DNA of 64,000 bases from Hyalangium minutum. GTDB taxonomy: Bacteria; Myxococcota; Myxococcia; Myxococcales; Myxococcaceae. The notes beneath the pieces were generated by a model. That model saw only the letters and a list, made by a program, of their open reading frames with translations, did no database searches and was not told the origin of the DNA. This document shows, piece by piece, positions 8,574-17,977 of this stretch. A program made the translations under genes and the position numbers. The first letter of the stretch is position 1; each line of letters starts with the position of its first letter. The DNA lies in the NCBI RefSeq assembly GCF_000737315.1, contig NZ_JMCB01000006.1, forward strand, positions 558,001-622,000, written 5' to 3'.

Positions 8574-9986
8574 TTAGATACCAGTCCGGAGGCAGGCGGA
8601 CGAGGCCTCGGGGGCCGCGCACTTGCTGTCCGTGCAGACCTGGCAGGCGCCACACTGCACGTCGGCCGTGCAGGCACCACCCACACACTCATTGGTAGCG
8701 GTGTTGCAGGTCTCCGAGGCGCCGCAGTCCGTCTGGCTGGCGCAATAGCGGGCAGGCTGCTGCGTGGCCTTGTCGCCGGCGCCCTGAATGGGCGCCTGGT
8801 TCTTCAGGTAGACGTAGATGGCCCGCACATCGCTGTCGGTCATCTTGACGAAGTTCGCGACGGTAAGCCCCATGGGGAAGGCGAGCTTGCGAGCCACTCC
8901 GTCCACGACCACATCACCCTTGGTGAAGGCCTTGTTGAAGTCCTCATACGCCTGGTAGCGCTTGGCCATGGCGCCATGCTGGGCGCCCAACAGGTTGGCG
9001 CTCATGGAGCGGGTGACCTTGGTGAGGGCGTTGAGTCCCGGAGGCACCGAGTAGACCGCTCCGCCGGACATGAACACGCTGGTGGTCACGTCGCCGAAGT
9101 CCGGCCCCGGCGCGAAGTTGCGCGACGGGTTGGTGTGGCAGTCGTTGCAGGAGCCCACTGCGTTCACCAGGTAGCTGCCGCGCCCGTACTGAGTCTTCTC
9201 GTTCGCGCTCAGGGTGGCCAGCGCCGCAGGGTCCGCCAGGGGCTGAACGGCGAGCCCACGGTTGGAGGCGAGGGTGTCCGCGCTGCTCTCGGCGGGGAGC
9301 GTCCGGGTGACCGCTCCCTCGTTGTAGGAGCCCGTGAAGGGCACAGGACGCATCGCCCCCGCAGCGCCCTTGATGTCGTCGGGGATCGGGTTGCTAATGG
9401 CGGGGATCTTCTTGAGGTAGGCGTACACCGCCTTCAGATCCTCGGTGGTCATCCACCGGTAGTAGAGCCAGGGCATGACGAAGAGCACCTCTTCGGCATT
9501 GTCGCTCTTGTAGTCCTTGCCCGTGCGCATCAACTCGATGAACTCGGCCTCGGTCAGCTTCATGCCGGTGGCCGAGTCGGGCGTGAGGTTGCGCGCGTAG
9601 ACGATCTCCCCGGACGCGCCGATCGCGAACGACGTACCGCCGGAGAGGTACTTGGAGGACCCATCCGGCGCATTGGTGTTGTGGCAATCCATACAGCTAC
9701 CAATGGAGTTCACCACATAGCTGCCACGGCCGAGCGCCTCCTTCTCCGCCAGAGAGAGCCCGTTGGTGTCGATGGTGAACGGGGCAATCTCCAGACCCTT
9801 CTGAGCCTGCTCCGAGAGCTGGCCCTCCTCGGGCGGCTCCTCGTCATCGTCACAAGCGGTGGCGCCCAGAAGGAGCCCCGACAGCGCGATGGCGGCGCCC
9901 ATGCGGCTCCAGCCTCCAGACTTGTTCAGCGACTTTGCTTCGGGCGCACCCTGACGGTGCGCTGCTGCGTGACGCTTCAGAAACAC
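8574..9986 (-). CDS. Diheme cytochrome c lipoprotein with two tandem cytochrome domains and C-terminal Cys-rich repeat
   Basis: GTG start with GAGGG RBS; lipobox ATAC; CMDCH and CNDCH each preceded by RGSYxVN; Cys-rich tail CASQTDC...C. Confidence 0.8.
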   Translation of the reverse strand: MFLKRHAAAHRQGAPEAKSLNKSGGWSRMGAAIALSGLLLGATACDDDEEPPEEGQLSEQAQKGLEIAPFTIDTNGLSLAEKEALGRGSYVVNSIGSCMDCHNTNAPDGSSKYLSGGTSFAIGASGEIVYARNLTPDSATGMKLTEAEFIELMRTGKDYKSDNAEEVLFVMPWLYYRWMTTEDLKAVYAYLKKIPAISNPIPDDIKGAAGAMRPVPFTGSYNEGAVTRTLPAESSADTLASNRGLAVQPLADPAALATLSANEKTQYGRGSYLVNAVGSCNDCHTNPSRNFAPGPDFGDVTTSVFMSGGAVYSVPPGLNALTKVTRSMSANLLGAQHGAMAKRYQAYEDFNKAFTKGDVVVDGVARKLAFPMGLTVANFVKMTDSDVRAIYVYLKNQAPIQGAGDKATQQPARYCASQTDCGASETCNTATNECVGGACTADVQCGACQVCTDSKCAAPEASSACLRTGI

Positions 9987-10061
9987 GGTGGATTCCCTCG
10001 TTCATCGCGCTCCCCGGCGGAGCGGCCAGCGTCATCTTGGGGCACTGCCCCGTGCCATTCA

Positions 10062-11357
10062 ATGGCTTTAGCCTCGCTGCGATGTGGCAAGTTCACCTCC
10101 CTCATGCGCCAGCTTCTCGAACAGCTCCTCAGCACTGACATGGCCGCCTCCCGTTCCGCCCGGGAGCAGCTCCAGCGGTCCCGCGTCCTCACCGCGGCTC
10201 AGGCTCATGCGGTGCTGGAAGCCCTCTCGCGGGAGGTGCCCAGCCACCCGGGCTCGGCCATCGAGGACTCGCCCCAGGCCACCCTGCTCCGGCTCATCCA
10301 GATGCCTGCGGCCCAGGAGTCGATGGAGACCTTCAGGGCCCACGCCTCGCCCGTCATCCTCGCCGCGTGGCCTCGGCTGTCCGAGCGGGACCGCACGCTG
10401 GCACTCATGGTGCTGGCGCGCATTGGCTCCCGGGAGGGGCTGGAGTTCGTCGCCCGGACGGTGGCGGCCCCCAACGGCCCTCAGGGCTTGAGCATCGCGG
10501 TCATCCTGGAGGAGGTGCCTGTGGAGAGCCCTCACGTGGAGGTACTCTTCCCTGCGCTGGAGCCCCTGCTGGATGCCGAGGACTCCCGCGCGCTCGAGGT
10601 GCTCAACCTGGCCAACCGGCTGGTCGCGGCCCGTCAGCTCTGGCCCCACCCCGCGGCCACCCGGCTGCCGCGTCTGCGCCGCTATCTCGAGAGTGAGAGC
10701 GAGAACGACTACGGCCCCGCGCTCGCCGCCTGCTATGCGCTCGCGTTGATTCCCGGCGCCGAGGCGCTGGTGCTCCTGGAGCGCGCCACCCAGCACCCGG
10801 ATCCCGAGGTCCGGCTGGAGGCGCTCTATGCCCGGAGCCGGCAGGGCGTCCCGGGCGCGGTGGAGGCGCTGGCCCAAGCCACGCTGGACCCCCTCATGGC
10901 GCTGCGCGCGCGCGAGTACCTCCAGGAGCTCGGCAAGGCGCACCTCCGCCCCCAGGAGGCGGATGATCCCGTCCTACTGGCCAAGGCGGAGATGATCTCC
11001 TGGCTGCGCCACCCCAACGAGTTTGGCGAGGAGCCCGAGTCCATCGAGCTGTGGGATCGCCGGGTGTTCGACTGGCCTCCGACTGGAGACCGCCGCGAGC
11101 TGTTCCTCTTCCTCTACCGCTATCCCGTCTACATCTATGGACAGGACGAGGAGACGGAGGTGGGCGTGGGGCTCGTGGGCTCCGACACCTTCAGCCTCAC
11201 GAACGAGACGAAGCCGCCTCCCGAGGGAACTCCCGAGGATGCCTACGTGGCGCACTGCCTGTGGGAGCTGCGGCAGTCACGGGATCCACGCGCCGGGACA
11301 TTGACACCGGACCAGGTCCGAGCACTGCTGGGCTTCCCTCCGAAGGTCTGGAACTGA
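10062..11357 (+). CDS. HEAT-repeat-containing hypothetical protein (start 10062 or 10104)
   Basis: Helical repeats such as LLERATQHPDPEVRLEAL; high-GC3 codon usage from about 10100. Confidence 0.6.
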   Translation: MALASLRCGKFTSLMRQLLEQLLSTDMAASRSAREQLQRSRVLTAAQAHAVLEALSREVPSHPGSAIEDSPQATLLRLIQMPAAQESMETFRAHASPVILAAWPRLSERDRTLALMVLARIGSREGLEFVARTVAAPNGPQGLSIAVILEEVPVESPHVEVLFPALEPLLDAEDSRALEVLNLANRLVAARQLWPHPAATRLPRLRRYLESESENDYGPALAACYALALIPGAEALVLLERATQHPDPEVRLEALYARSRQGVPGAVEALAQATLDPLMALRAREYLQELGKAHLRPQEADDPVLLAKAEMISWLRHPNEFGEEPESIELWDRRVFDWPPTGDRRELFLFLYRYPVYIYGQDEETEVGVGLVGSDTFSLTNETKPPPEGTPEDAYVAHCLWELRQSRDPRAGTLTPDQVRALLGFPPKVWN

Positions 11358-11367
11358 CCTTTCCCGC

Positions 11368-12816
11368 ATGCCGCACACACCCTCCAGCACCACCGCTCCC
11401 CGCCCGCAGGCGCTCTATGTGCTGCCCACCCTGCTCGCGGGAGCAGTGTTCTTCGTGGCACATCTCCCCACGCTGGGGGCCACAGTCGACTTTCTCCTCG
11501 CGGATGCGGGCGCCTCGCTGAAGCTGGAGGCCCTGCTCGACGCGGGCCTCCGCCCGGCGATCGACTTTGGCTACAACTATGGGCCGCTGTCCGCCGTCGC
11601 GAGCCAGCTCGGCTACAGCCTGCTCGGCCGGACCGTTACCGCTCACCTCATCCTGGTGGCGCTGCTGTGCGTGGGCGCGCTGACGGGGCTCGCCCGCTGC
11701 ATGGCGCGCCTGGAGAATGGCTGGACCGGGCTCGTCATGTCGGTGGTGTTCGCTCAGGCCATCGTCCGGAACCTCGGGCTCAACCTCACCTATGGTCTGG
11801 AGGCGGCCTGTCTGCTCCACGCGCTGGCCTTCCACCTCGAGGGCCGCCGCGATCGCGCCTTGATGCTGGCGGTCCTCGCCGCGCTCGTGAAGCCCAGCAT
11901 GGGCATCCTCTACGCTGGCATCCTGGTCGGGTGGATCCTCCTGCGCTCCTCCGGCTTGCGGGAGACATGGGCTCGGCTGTGGCCCGCCGCTGTGACGGCA
12001 GTGGTGGCCCTGGGGTGCTCCATGGTGGTGCTCGGGTTCCAGAGCACCTTGCGCACGGCGCTCCCGCTCTCGGGCATGACGCACTACGAAGCGCTGGAGC
12101 CACCGCTCACCAAGCTCGTGAACACCCTGGCGGCTCCGCCGGGAGTCAACTTCAAGTACTACCTGGGCAGCCTCTCTGGGTTCTGGATCCTCGGCAGCGT
12201 GGTGCTGGTGCTGGGCTCGCTGCGCGCCATCCCCGCGGCGATCCTGCAGAACGTCCAGGCCGAGGTGGGCCTCTCCTGCGCGGCGCTCCATGTGGCCTTC
12301 GCCACGCTCTTCTTCGGTCCCTGGCCCACTTACCTGGGCCTGCTGGCCGTGGGGCTCTTCTGTGTGGTGACAGCCCGGCCCTTGCGGTGGGTGCTGGTGG
12401 CCATCGTCGTGCTGGGCAGCAAGCAGATGACGTCGGGGGCCGTGGCCAGCTGGAAAGAGCGCCGCCCCGACGCGAGCCTGCTGGGCTCCTGGGTCCTGCC
12501 CTCCGAGCGGCAGGAGGTGGCCGAGGTGCTGCGCATCGCGGGCTCGCGGCCGATCTACTTCGTCACCACGGGCTACCCCGAGGGAGCCATTCCCAACAGC
12601 CGGGGGACACGAAGCTGGTTCGTCGCGCCTGGGATGATCTCCGAGAGTGAGCAAGCGGTCATCGTCCAGGAGGTGCGCGCCGCGCCCGTGGTCGCCGTGG
12701 GCAAGGTGCTGGGAATCGGAGCGCTCCAGTTCGACTGGCTGCGCGAGGCCCTCTCGGGCCACAAGCTCCAGCACGACGGCAAGCACTTCACCGTCTACGT
12801 CAAGGACGGTCCGTGA
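11368..12816 (+). CDS. Polytopic membrane protein, possibly GT-C-fold glycosyltransferase
   Basis: About 10 hydrophobic segments, DFGYNYGPL in an N-terminal loop, soluble C-terminal domain. Confidence 0.55.
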   Translation: MPHTPSSTTAPRPQALYVLPTLLAGAVFFVAHLPTLGATVDFLLADAGASLKLEALLDAGLRPAIDFGYNYGPLSAVASQLGYSLLGRTVTAHLILVALLCVGALTGLARCMARLENGWTGLVMSVVFAQAIVRNLGLNLTYGLEAACLLHALAFHLEGRRDRALMLAVLAALVKPSMGILYAGILVGWILLRSSGLRETWARLWPAAVTAVVALGCSMVVLGFQSTLRTALPLSGMTHYEALEPPLTKLVNTLAAPPGVNFKYYLGSLSGFWILGSVVLVLGSLRAIPAAILQNVQAEVGLSCAALHVAFATLFFGPWPTYLGLLAVGLFCVVTARPLRWVLVAIVVLGSKQMTSGAVASWKERRPDASLLGSWVLPSERQEVAEVLRIAGSRPIYFVTTGYPEGAIPNSRGTRSWFVAPGMISESEQAVIVQEVRAAPVVAVGKVLGIGALQFDWLREALSGHKLQHDGKHFTVYVKDGP

Positions 12817-12907
12817 GCTTCGAGAGGATGAAGGGCTTGAACAGCAGCCTGCCTTGAGCCGTGAGGCAGAGCCGCTAGCGCTGCCCGAAACCTTTTATAC
12901 TGAGGGT

Positions 12908-13225
12908 ATGTGCCGGAACATCAAGCTGCTCCACCACTTCCAGCCCCCCGCCACTGCGGAGGAGATTCGCGACTCGGCCGTGCAGTACGTCCGGAAGCTG
13001 AGCGGGATGAGAGACCCCTCGCGCGCCAACCGGAAGGCCTTCGAGCACGCCGTGGACGAGATCACCAAGACCGTCCACAAGCTCTTCGCCCAGCTCGAGG
13101 TGAACGGCCCGCCGCGCACCCGCGAGGCCGAGAAGCTCAAGGCCCAGCAGCGCGGCCAGAAGCGCGATCAGCAGATGGAGGCCCGCGTCTTCCGGAAGCT
13201 CGGGCTGCCGACCTCCTCCTCATGA
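12908..13225 (+). CDS. DUF2277 family protein
   Basis: MCRNIK...PPAT.EEIR.SA.QYVRKLSG signature. Confidence 0.85.
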   Translation: MCRNIKLLHHFQPPATAEEIRDSAVQYVRKLSGMRDPSRANRKAFEHAVDEITKTVHKLFAQLEVNGPPRTREAEKLKAQQRGQKRDQQMEARVFRKLGLPTSSS

Positions 13226-13226
13226 C

Positions 13227-13246
13227 CGCCTCCTTATAAGGAGGCG
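13227..13246. other. Perfect 20-bp palindrome CGCCTCCTTATAAGGAGGCG
   Basis: Read directly between the DUF2277 stop and the M14 gene. Confidence 0.7.
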
Positions 13247-13296
13247 AGGTGACAAGGGCTTGACGCCCTGGGCGGGGAGCGCTCGGATGCGCGCCC

Positions 13297-14955
13297 ATGA
13301 CCGAGCTGCTCACTCGCGCTGAAGCGTCCAACTACCAGGAAACCTCGCGGCACTCCGATGTGCTGGCCTTCGTCGATGCCCTCTGCGGCCAGACGAAGCT
13401 CGCCCGCCGCGTGGACTTCGGGAAGAGCGGCGAGGGTCAGCCCCTGGTGGCGCTCATCATCAGCGATCGCAACTGCTTCACCCCCGAGCTCGCCCGCAAG
13501 CAGAAGAAGGCCGTGGTGATGGTGGAGGCCAACATCCACGCCGGTGAGGTGGAGGGCAAGGAGTCCGTGCTCGCGCTCGCCAGAGACCTCACGCTCACCA
13601 AGCTGGGCCGCAAGCTGCTCGACACGCTGTGCCTGGTGCTGGTGCCCAACTTCAACCCCGACGGCAACGACCGCATCAGCCCGAACAACCGCAAGCTGGA
13701 CCTGAAGAACCTCGAGGGCCAGGTGAACCCGCCAGGCGGAGTGGGCACGCGCTACACGGGCGAGGGCTGGAACCTCAACCGCGACAGCATGAAGCAGGAG
13801 GCCCCCGAGACGCGGGCCATCGCCGCCCTGTACCAGCAGTGGTGGCCTCACCTCTTCATCGACTGCCACACCACCGATGGCAGCATCCACGGGTTCGATC
13901 TCACCTTCGACACCTCGCACTCCAACGAGCCGCTGTTCTCGGAGCTGCGCCAGTTCAACCGCGCGATGCTGGAGCGCGTGGCCCAGGCAGTGAAGAAGGG
14001 GCACGGCTTCAACAGCTTCTGGTACGGCAACTTCAAGAACGAGGGCGACCCCACCTCCGGCTGGCACACTTACCCCGCGCTGCCGCGCTTCGGCAGCCAC
14101 TACCGCGGGCTGCTGGGCCGCATGGACGTGCTGCTCGAGACGTACAGCTACATCGACTTCAAGCGCCGCTGCGCGGTGATGCGCGCGTGGTTGCTGGAGC
14201 TGTTCCGCGACGCCGCCAAGAACGCCAAGGCCTACCGCGCAGCCACCGAGGCCGAGGAGGCCCGCATCATCGCTCGCGGAGAGACGCCGGACCTGCAGGC
14301 GCTCGTGGGCATCAACTACGGCGTGGCCACGCGCGATGAGAAGGACGCGCTCGTGTTCGAGTACCCCGCCCATGCGAAGCCTCGCGACACCGCCGCCATC
14401 CAGTCCTTCGACGAGGCGAGCATCACCGAGCGCCGCTACCCCGGGAAGCGCCGCCGCACCTACCGCATGCCGCACCACCGGACGTTCATCCCCACGCAGG
14501 CGGTGAGCACTCCGGTTGGGTACCTGGTGCCCGCCGAGCTGGCCTCCCGCCTGGAGGGCCATGGCATCCGCTTCGAGCGCCTCTCCGCGCCGAAGCGGTT
14601 CACGGTGGACAGCTACCGCGTGGCGCGCCGCGAGGAGACCTTCAGCCCCGACGTGGCCGCGAACGTGCCGCCGCCCGGCGAGGCCGAGGTGCCGCTCAGC
14701 CAGAAGCCCAAGCCCGTGCGCTTCGAGACGGTGCTCACCGTGTCCCCCGAGCGCTCCTCCCGCGAGTTCCCCGCTGGGACGCTGTACGTCCCCACGGCGC
14801 AGCGGGCTGGAACACTGGCCGTGTACCTGCTCGAGCCCCACTCGGATGACGGGTTCTGCCGCTGGCAGTTCCTCGACAAGCTCATCACCGTGGGTGAACT
14901 CCATCCCGTTCACCGCGTGATGGACGCGGCGCGCGCGCCCAAGAAGGCCGAGTAA
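13297..14955 (+). CDS. M14 family zinc carboxypeptidase
   Basis: NIHAGE (HxxE), NPDG, LNRD and DCHTT motifs. Confidence 0.88.
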   Translation: MTELLTRAEASNYQETSRHSDVLAFVDALCGQTKLARRVDFGKSGEGQPLVALIISDRNCFTPELARKQKKAVVMVEANIHAGEVEGKESVLALARDLTLTKLGRKLLDTLCLVLVPNFNPDGNDRISPNNRKLDLKNLEGQVNPPGGVGTRYTGEGWNLNRDSMKQEAPETRAIAALYQQWWPHLFIDCHTTDGSIHGFDLTFDTSHSNEPLFSELRQFNRAMLERVAQAVKKGHGFNSFWYGNFKNEGDPTSGWHTYPALPRFGSHYRGLLGRMDVLLETYSYIDFKRRCAVMRAWLLELFRDAAKNAKAYRAATEAEEARIIARGETPDLQALVGINYGVATRDEKDALVFEYPAHAKPRDTAAIQSFDEASITERRYPGKRRRTYRMPHHRTFIPTQAVSTPVGYLVPAELASRLEGHGIRFERLSAPKRFTVDSYRVARREETFSPDVAANVPPPGEAEVPLSQKPKPVRFETVLTVSPERSSREFPAGTLYVPTAQRAGTLAVYLLEPHSDDGFCRWQFLDKLITVGELHPVHRVMDAARAPKKAE

Positions 14956-14960
14956 CCGGC

Positions 14961-15224
14961 TCAGGCCTTCCTGCGGCGCCCGGTGCCCTCCGTGCCCGCT
15001 GTCTTCGCGGGCCGGTTGTGCCACTGGTTCTCGATGCGCGCCTCAATCTCCTCACGCACCCGGCGAGCACCCGCCAGCGCCACGTCGATCTCCTCGCGCA
15101 CCCGCACGGCCTGCTCCTGCGCGGCGGCCCGATACGGCGCCGTGTCCCGACGGACCTGGATGCGCCCCGAGCTCCGTTTCCCCGCCGCCGCCTGCCGCTT
15201 CCCCGACTTCTGGCTCTGCGCCAT
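14961..15224 (-). CDS. Small basic coiled-coil hypothetical protein
   Basis: GGAGG RBS before GTG-ATG; duplicated VREEI motif. Confidence 0.5.
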   Translation of the reverse strand: MAQSQKSGKRQAAAGKRSSGRIQVRRDTAPYRAAAQEQAVRVREEIDVALAGARRVREEIEARIENQWHNRPAKTAGTEGTGRRRKA

Positions 15225-15376
15225 CACCGCCTCCAGTCCTGTGCTCTCCGAAAGGTGGATCAGCGCGCTCCCTCCCGGAACCCCTGCTCCCCCACCGCCG
15301 TGCCCTCTGCCTGCTGGCCAGCCAGGTACTCGTCCTCCTCTGCTAAACCCCTGACATCAGGCCCTTTCCATCCATC

Positions 15377-15437
15377 TACGAAACCTTTCGTTGACACCTA
15401 CGAATGGCTTCGTATATCTCTTCCGAAGATGTTGGAC
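15377..15437 (+). promoter_or_regulatory. BlaI-type operator array (TACGAA-N4-TTCGTA boxes) overlapping a TTGACA -35
   Basis: Boxes at 15377-15392 (1 mismatch), 15399-15414 (perfect) and 15422-15437 (degenerate); TTGACA at 15391-15396. Confidence 0.7.
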
Positions 15438-15449
15438 GCCGAGGGAGCC

Positions 15450-15836
15450 ATGAGCGAAGCGAACCTGCCGCGCCCCACCGATTCCGAGCTGGCCATCCTC
15501 CGGGTCCTCTGGAGCCGGGGGGCCAGCACCGTGCGAGAGGTGCACGAGGCCCTCCAGGATGGCAGCGGCTACACCACCATCCTCAAGCTGATGCAGATCA
15601 TGACGGAGAAGGGGCTCGTGGTGCGCGACGAGTCCCAGCGCGCGCACGTCTACACCACACGCCTGCCGCAGGAGAAGACACAGCGGCAGCTGGTGACGGA
15701 CCTGGTGGATCGCGCATTCGGCGGCTCACCGGCCCAGCTGGCCATGCAGGCGCTGTCCACGAAGAAGACTTCCCCCGAGGAGCTGGCCGAGCTGCGCCGC
15801 CTCCTCGACTCTCTGGAGAAAGAGGTGGAGCCGTGA
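15450..15836 (+). CDS. blaI: BlaI/MecI/CopY family transcriptional repressor
   Basis: PTDSELAILRVLW, YTTILKLMQIMTEKGLV and AFGGS motifs; GGGAG RBS. Confidence 0.92.
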   Translation: MSEANLPRPTDSELAILRVLWSRGASTVREVHEALQDGSGYTTILKLMQIMTEKGLVVRDESQRAHVYTTRLPQEKTQRQLVTDLVDRAFGGSPAQLAMQALSTKKTSPEELAELRRLLDSLEKEVEP

Positions 15837-17887
15837 ACGGTCTCGTCCTGGAGTCACTGGGTTGGGCGCTGCTGCACCTGCTGTGGCAGGGCACGCTCGT
15901 GGCAGGAGTGCTGGCGCTCGCGCTGCGCGTGATGGGGCGCCAGGCAGCAGTCGCGCGCTACGCCCTGGCCTGTGGCGCGCTGACGCTGATGCTGACGCTG
16001 CCCGTGGCCACCTTCTGGCGTCATTATTCCTCCGTCGCTCAGGCGCCGTCCGCTGAAGTCTCTGTCTCGGCATCCACGGCGGTCCCGGCTCCGGCCGCTC
16101 CCACGCTCGCGGCTCCAACCCTTCCTGCTCCGCGCCACTCCTTCGCCCCCGTCGCGCCCGTCTTCGCCGCGGGCACCGAGCTGGCGCCGCTGCCGGGCCA
16201 AGTCCTCTCGTTCGTCGGCCAGTACCTGCCGTGGCTCGTGCTCGCATGGGGCCTGGGCGTGGCGATGTCTTCGCTGCGGCTGCTCGCGGGATGGCTGCGC
16301 CTGCGCCGGCTGGTGCGTGCGGCCACTCCGGCTCCTGTCGAGTGGCAGGCTCGGCTGGAAGCACTGGCCTCGCGCCTGGGGCTGAAGCGCGCGGTGCGCC
16401 TGCTCCAGTCTGCGGCGGTGGAGGTGCCCTCGGCGGTGGGCTGGCTCCGGCCCGTGGTGCTCTTGCCCGCCTCCGCGCTCACTGGACTCACCGTGCGGCA
16501 ACTGGAGATGATCCTCGCCCACGAGCTGGCCCACATCCGCCGCTACGACTTCGTGGTGAACCTGGCCCAGACGCTCGTGGAGACGCTGCTGTTCTACCAC
16601 CCGGCCGTCTGGTGGGTGTCCCGCGTCATCCGCGTGGAGCGCGAGCACTGCTGCGATGACATCGCCGCAGGCACCAGCGGCAGCTCCCTCTCGTACGCCC
16701 GCGCGCTCACCGCGCTGGAGGAGCTGCGCGTCCTTCCTTCTCTCGCGCCGAGCCCGGCCCTGTCCGCGCTGGGTGGCTCGCTGCCGGAGCGCGTCCGCCG
16801 GCTGGTGCTCACCCCCGCCTCGCGCTGCTCCTCGCGCTGGGTCGCGGGCGCCTCCGTCCTCACGCTGATGAGCAGCCTCGCGGTGGCCGCGCCCATCACC
16901 GCCCTCATGCTCCCCGCCGAGGAGACGGGCGGCAGCCTCGCCACGAGCGTCTCCGCTCCCCCGTCGCTCCCTTCGGCTCCCGCGCCTGCCCGGGCTCTCG
17001 CTCCCGTGTCCGCGCAGGCCCCGGTGTCTCCTCCCTCTCCGGTGGATGCCCCCACGCCCGTGCCCGGTCCTCGGGTGGCCGCGCGCCCCAATCCGAATCC
17101 CAACCCGAACCCGAATCCCAACCCCCAGCCGCGCCACGGCCGGGACGAGGACGACGAGGACGACGAGGATGACCGCACCCGCGTGGGCGAAGGCCCGCTC
17201 TCGGTGGATCAGCTCGTCTCGCTGAAGGTCGCGGGCGTCACCCCGGAGATGCTGGAGACGGTGAAGGGCCTGGGCTACGAGCCCACGGTGGGCAACCTGG
17301 TCCAGTTCGGCCACGCGGGCATCACCCCCGAGTACGTGAAGGACATGAACGCCCGCCTCGGCCAGAAGCTGTCCGCCGATGACCTGGTGGGGATGAAGCA
17401 CCTGGGCGTCACTCCGGCCTGGCTCGAGGCGATGAAGGCCCAGGGCTTCACGAACATGACCCCGGACGATGTGGTCTCCGCGCGCGCCGTGGGCGTGGAC
17501 GAGAAGTACCTGAGCGCGCTGAAGGCCGCGGGCTACACCGGCCTGAGCCTGGAGGACGTCACCGAGATGCGCGCCGTGGGCGTGAAGCCGGAGACGATCG
17601 CCGAGCTCTCCCAGGCGGGCTACTCGAAGCTGGACAAGGACACCCTGGTCGAGTTCCACGCCGTGGGCGTCACGCCGAACTACCTGCGCTCGCTGCGAGA
17701 GGCGGGCTTGAAGGACCTCCCCGCGGACCAGCTCGTGGAGCTGCGCGCCCTGGGCGTGAGCGCGGACTTCATCCGCCAGATGCGTGACGCGGGCATGGAG
17801 AACCTGGATGTGGACACGCTCATCAAGCTGCGCACCAGCGGCATCGACGGCGAGTTCATCCGCCGCATGAAGAAGCCACAGAAGTAG
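15833..17887 (+). CDS. BlaR1-like M56 metallopeptidase sensor with C-terminal 29-aa helical repeats
   Basis: GTGA overlap with blaI; ILAHELAHIRR zinc motif, EREHCCDD; (PN)6 linker; eight L...GVTPE-type repeats. Confidence 0.9.
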   Translation: MNGLVLESLGWALLHLLWQGTLVAGVLALALRVMGRQAAVARYALACGALTLMLTLPVATFWRHYSSVAQAPSAEVSVSASTAVPAPAAPTLAAPTLPAPRHSFAPVAPVFAAGTELAPLPGQVLSFVGQYLPWLVLAWGLGVAMSSLRLLAGWLRLRRLVRAATPAPVEWQARLEALASRLGLKRAVRLLQSAAVEVPSAVGWLRPVVLLPASALTGLTVRQLEMILAHELAHIRRYDFVVNLAQTLVETLLFYHPAVWWVSRVIRVEREHCCDDIAAGTSGSSLSYARALTALEELRVLPSLAPSPALSALGGSLPERVRRLVLTPASRCSSRWVAGASVLTLMSSLAVAAPITALMLPAEETGGSLATSVSAPPSLPSAPAPARALAPVSAQAPVSPPSPVDAPTPVPGPRVAARPNPNPNPNPNPNPQPRHGRDEDDEDDEDDRTRVGEGPLSVDQLVSLKVAGVTPEMLETVKGLGYEPTVGNLVQFGHAGITPEYVKDMNARLGQKLSADDLVGMKHLGVTPAWLEAMKAQGFTNMTPDDVVSARAVGVDEKYLSALKAAGYTGLSLEDVTEMRAVGVKPETIAELSQAGYSKLDKDTLVEFHAVGVTPNYLRSLREAGLKDLPADQLVELRALGVSADFIRQMRDAGMENLDVDTLIKLRTSGIDGEFIRRMKKPQK
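17087..17122 (+). repeat. (Pro-Asn)6 coding microsatellite followed by acidic DEDDEDDED tract
   Basis: CCC AAT CCG AAT CCC AAC CCG AAC CCG AAT CCC AAC; synonymous variation between units. Confidence 0.8.
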
Positions 17888-17977
17888 TCCCCTCCCCTCC
17901 ACCTCATCCCGTCCCCCGGCCGCGCTCTCCCGAGCGCGCGCCGCAGGGCCGCGCCTTGCCCGAAGGAGTCCGAAGCC

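Noticed and set aside
17087-17122. (PN)6 tract as a phase-variable repeat
   Set aside because: In frame and synonymously diversified, consistent with a stable linker.
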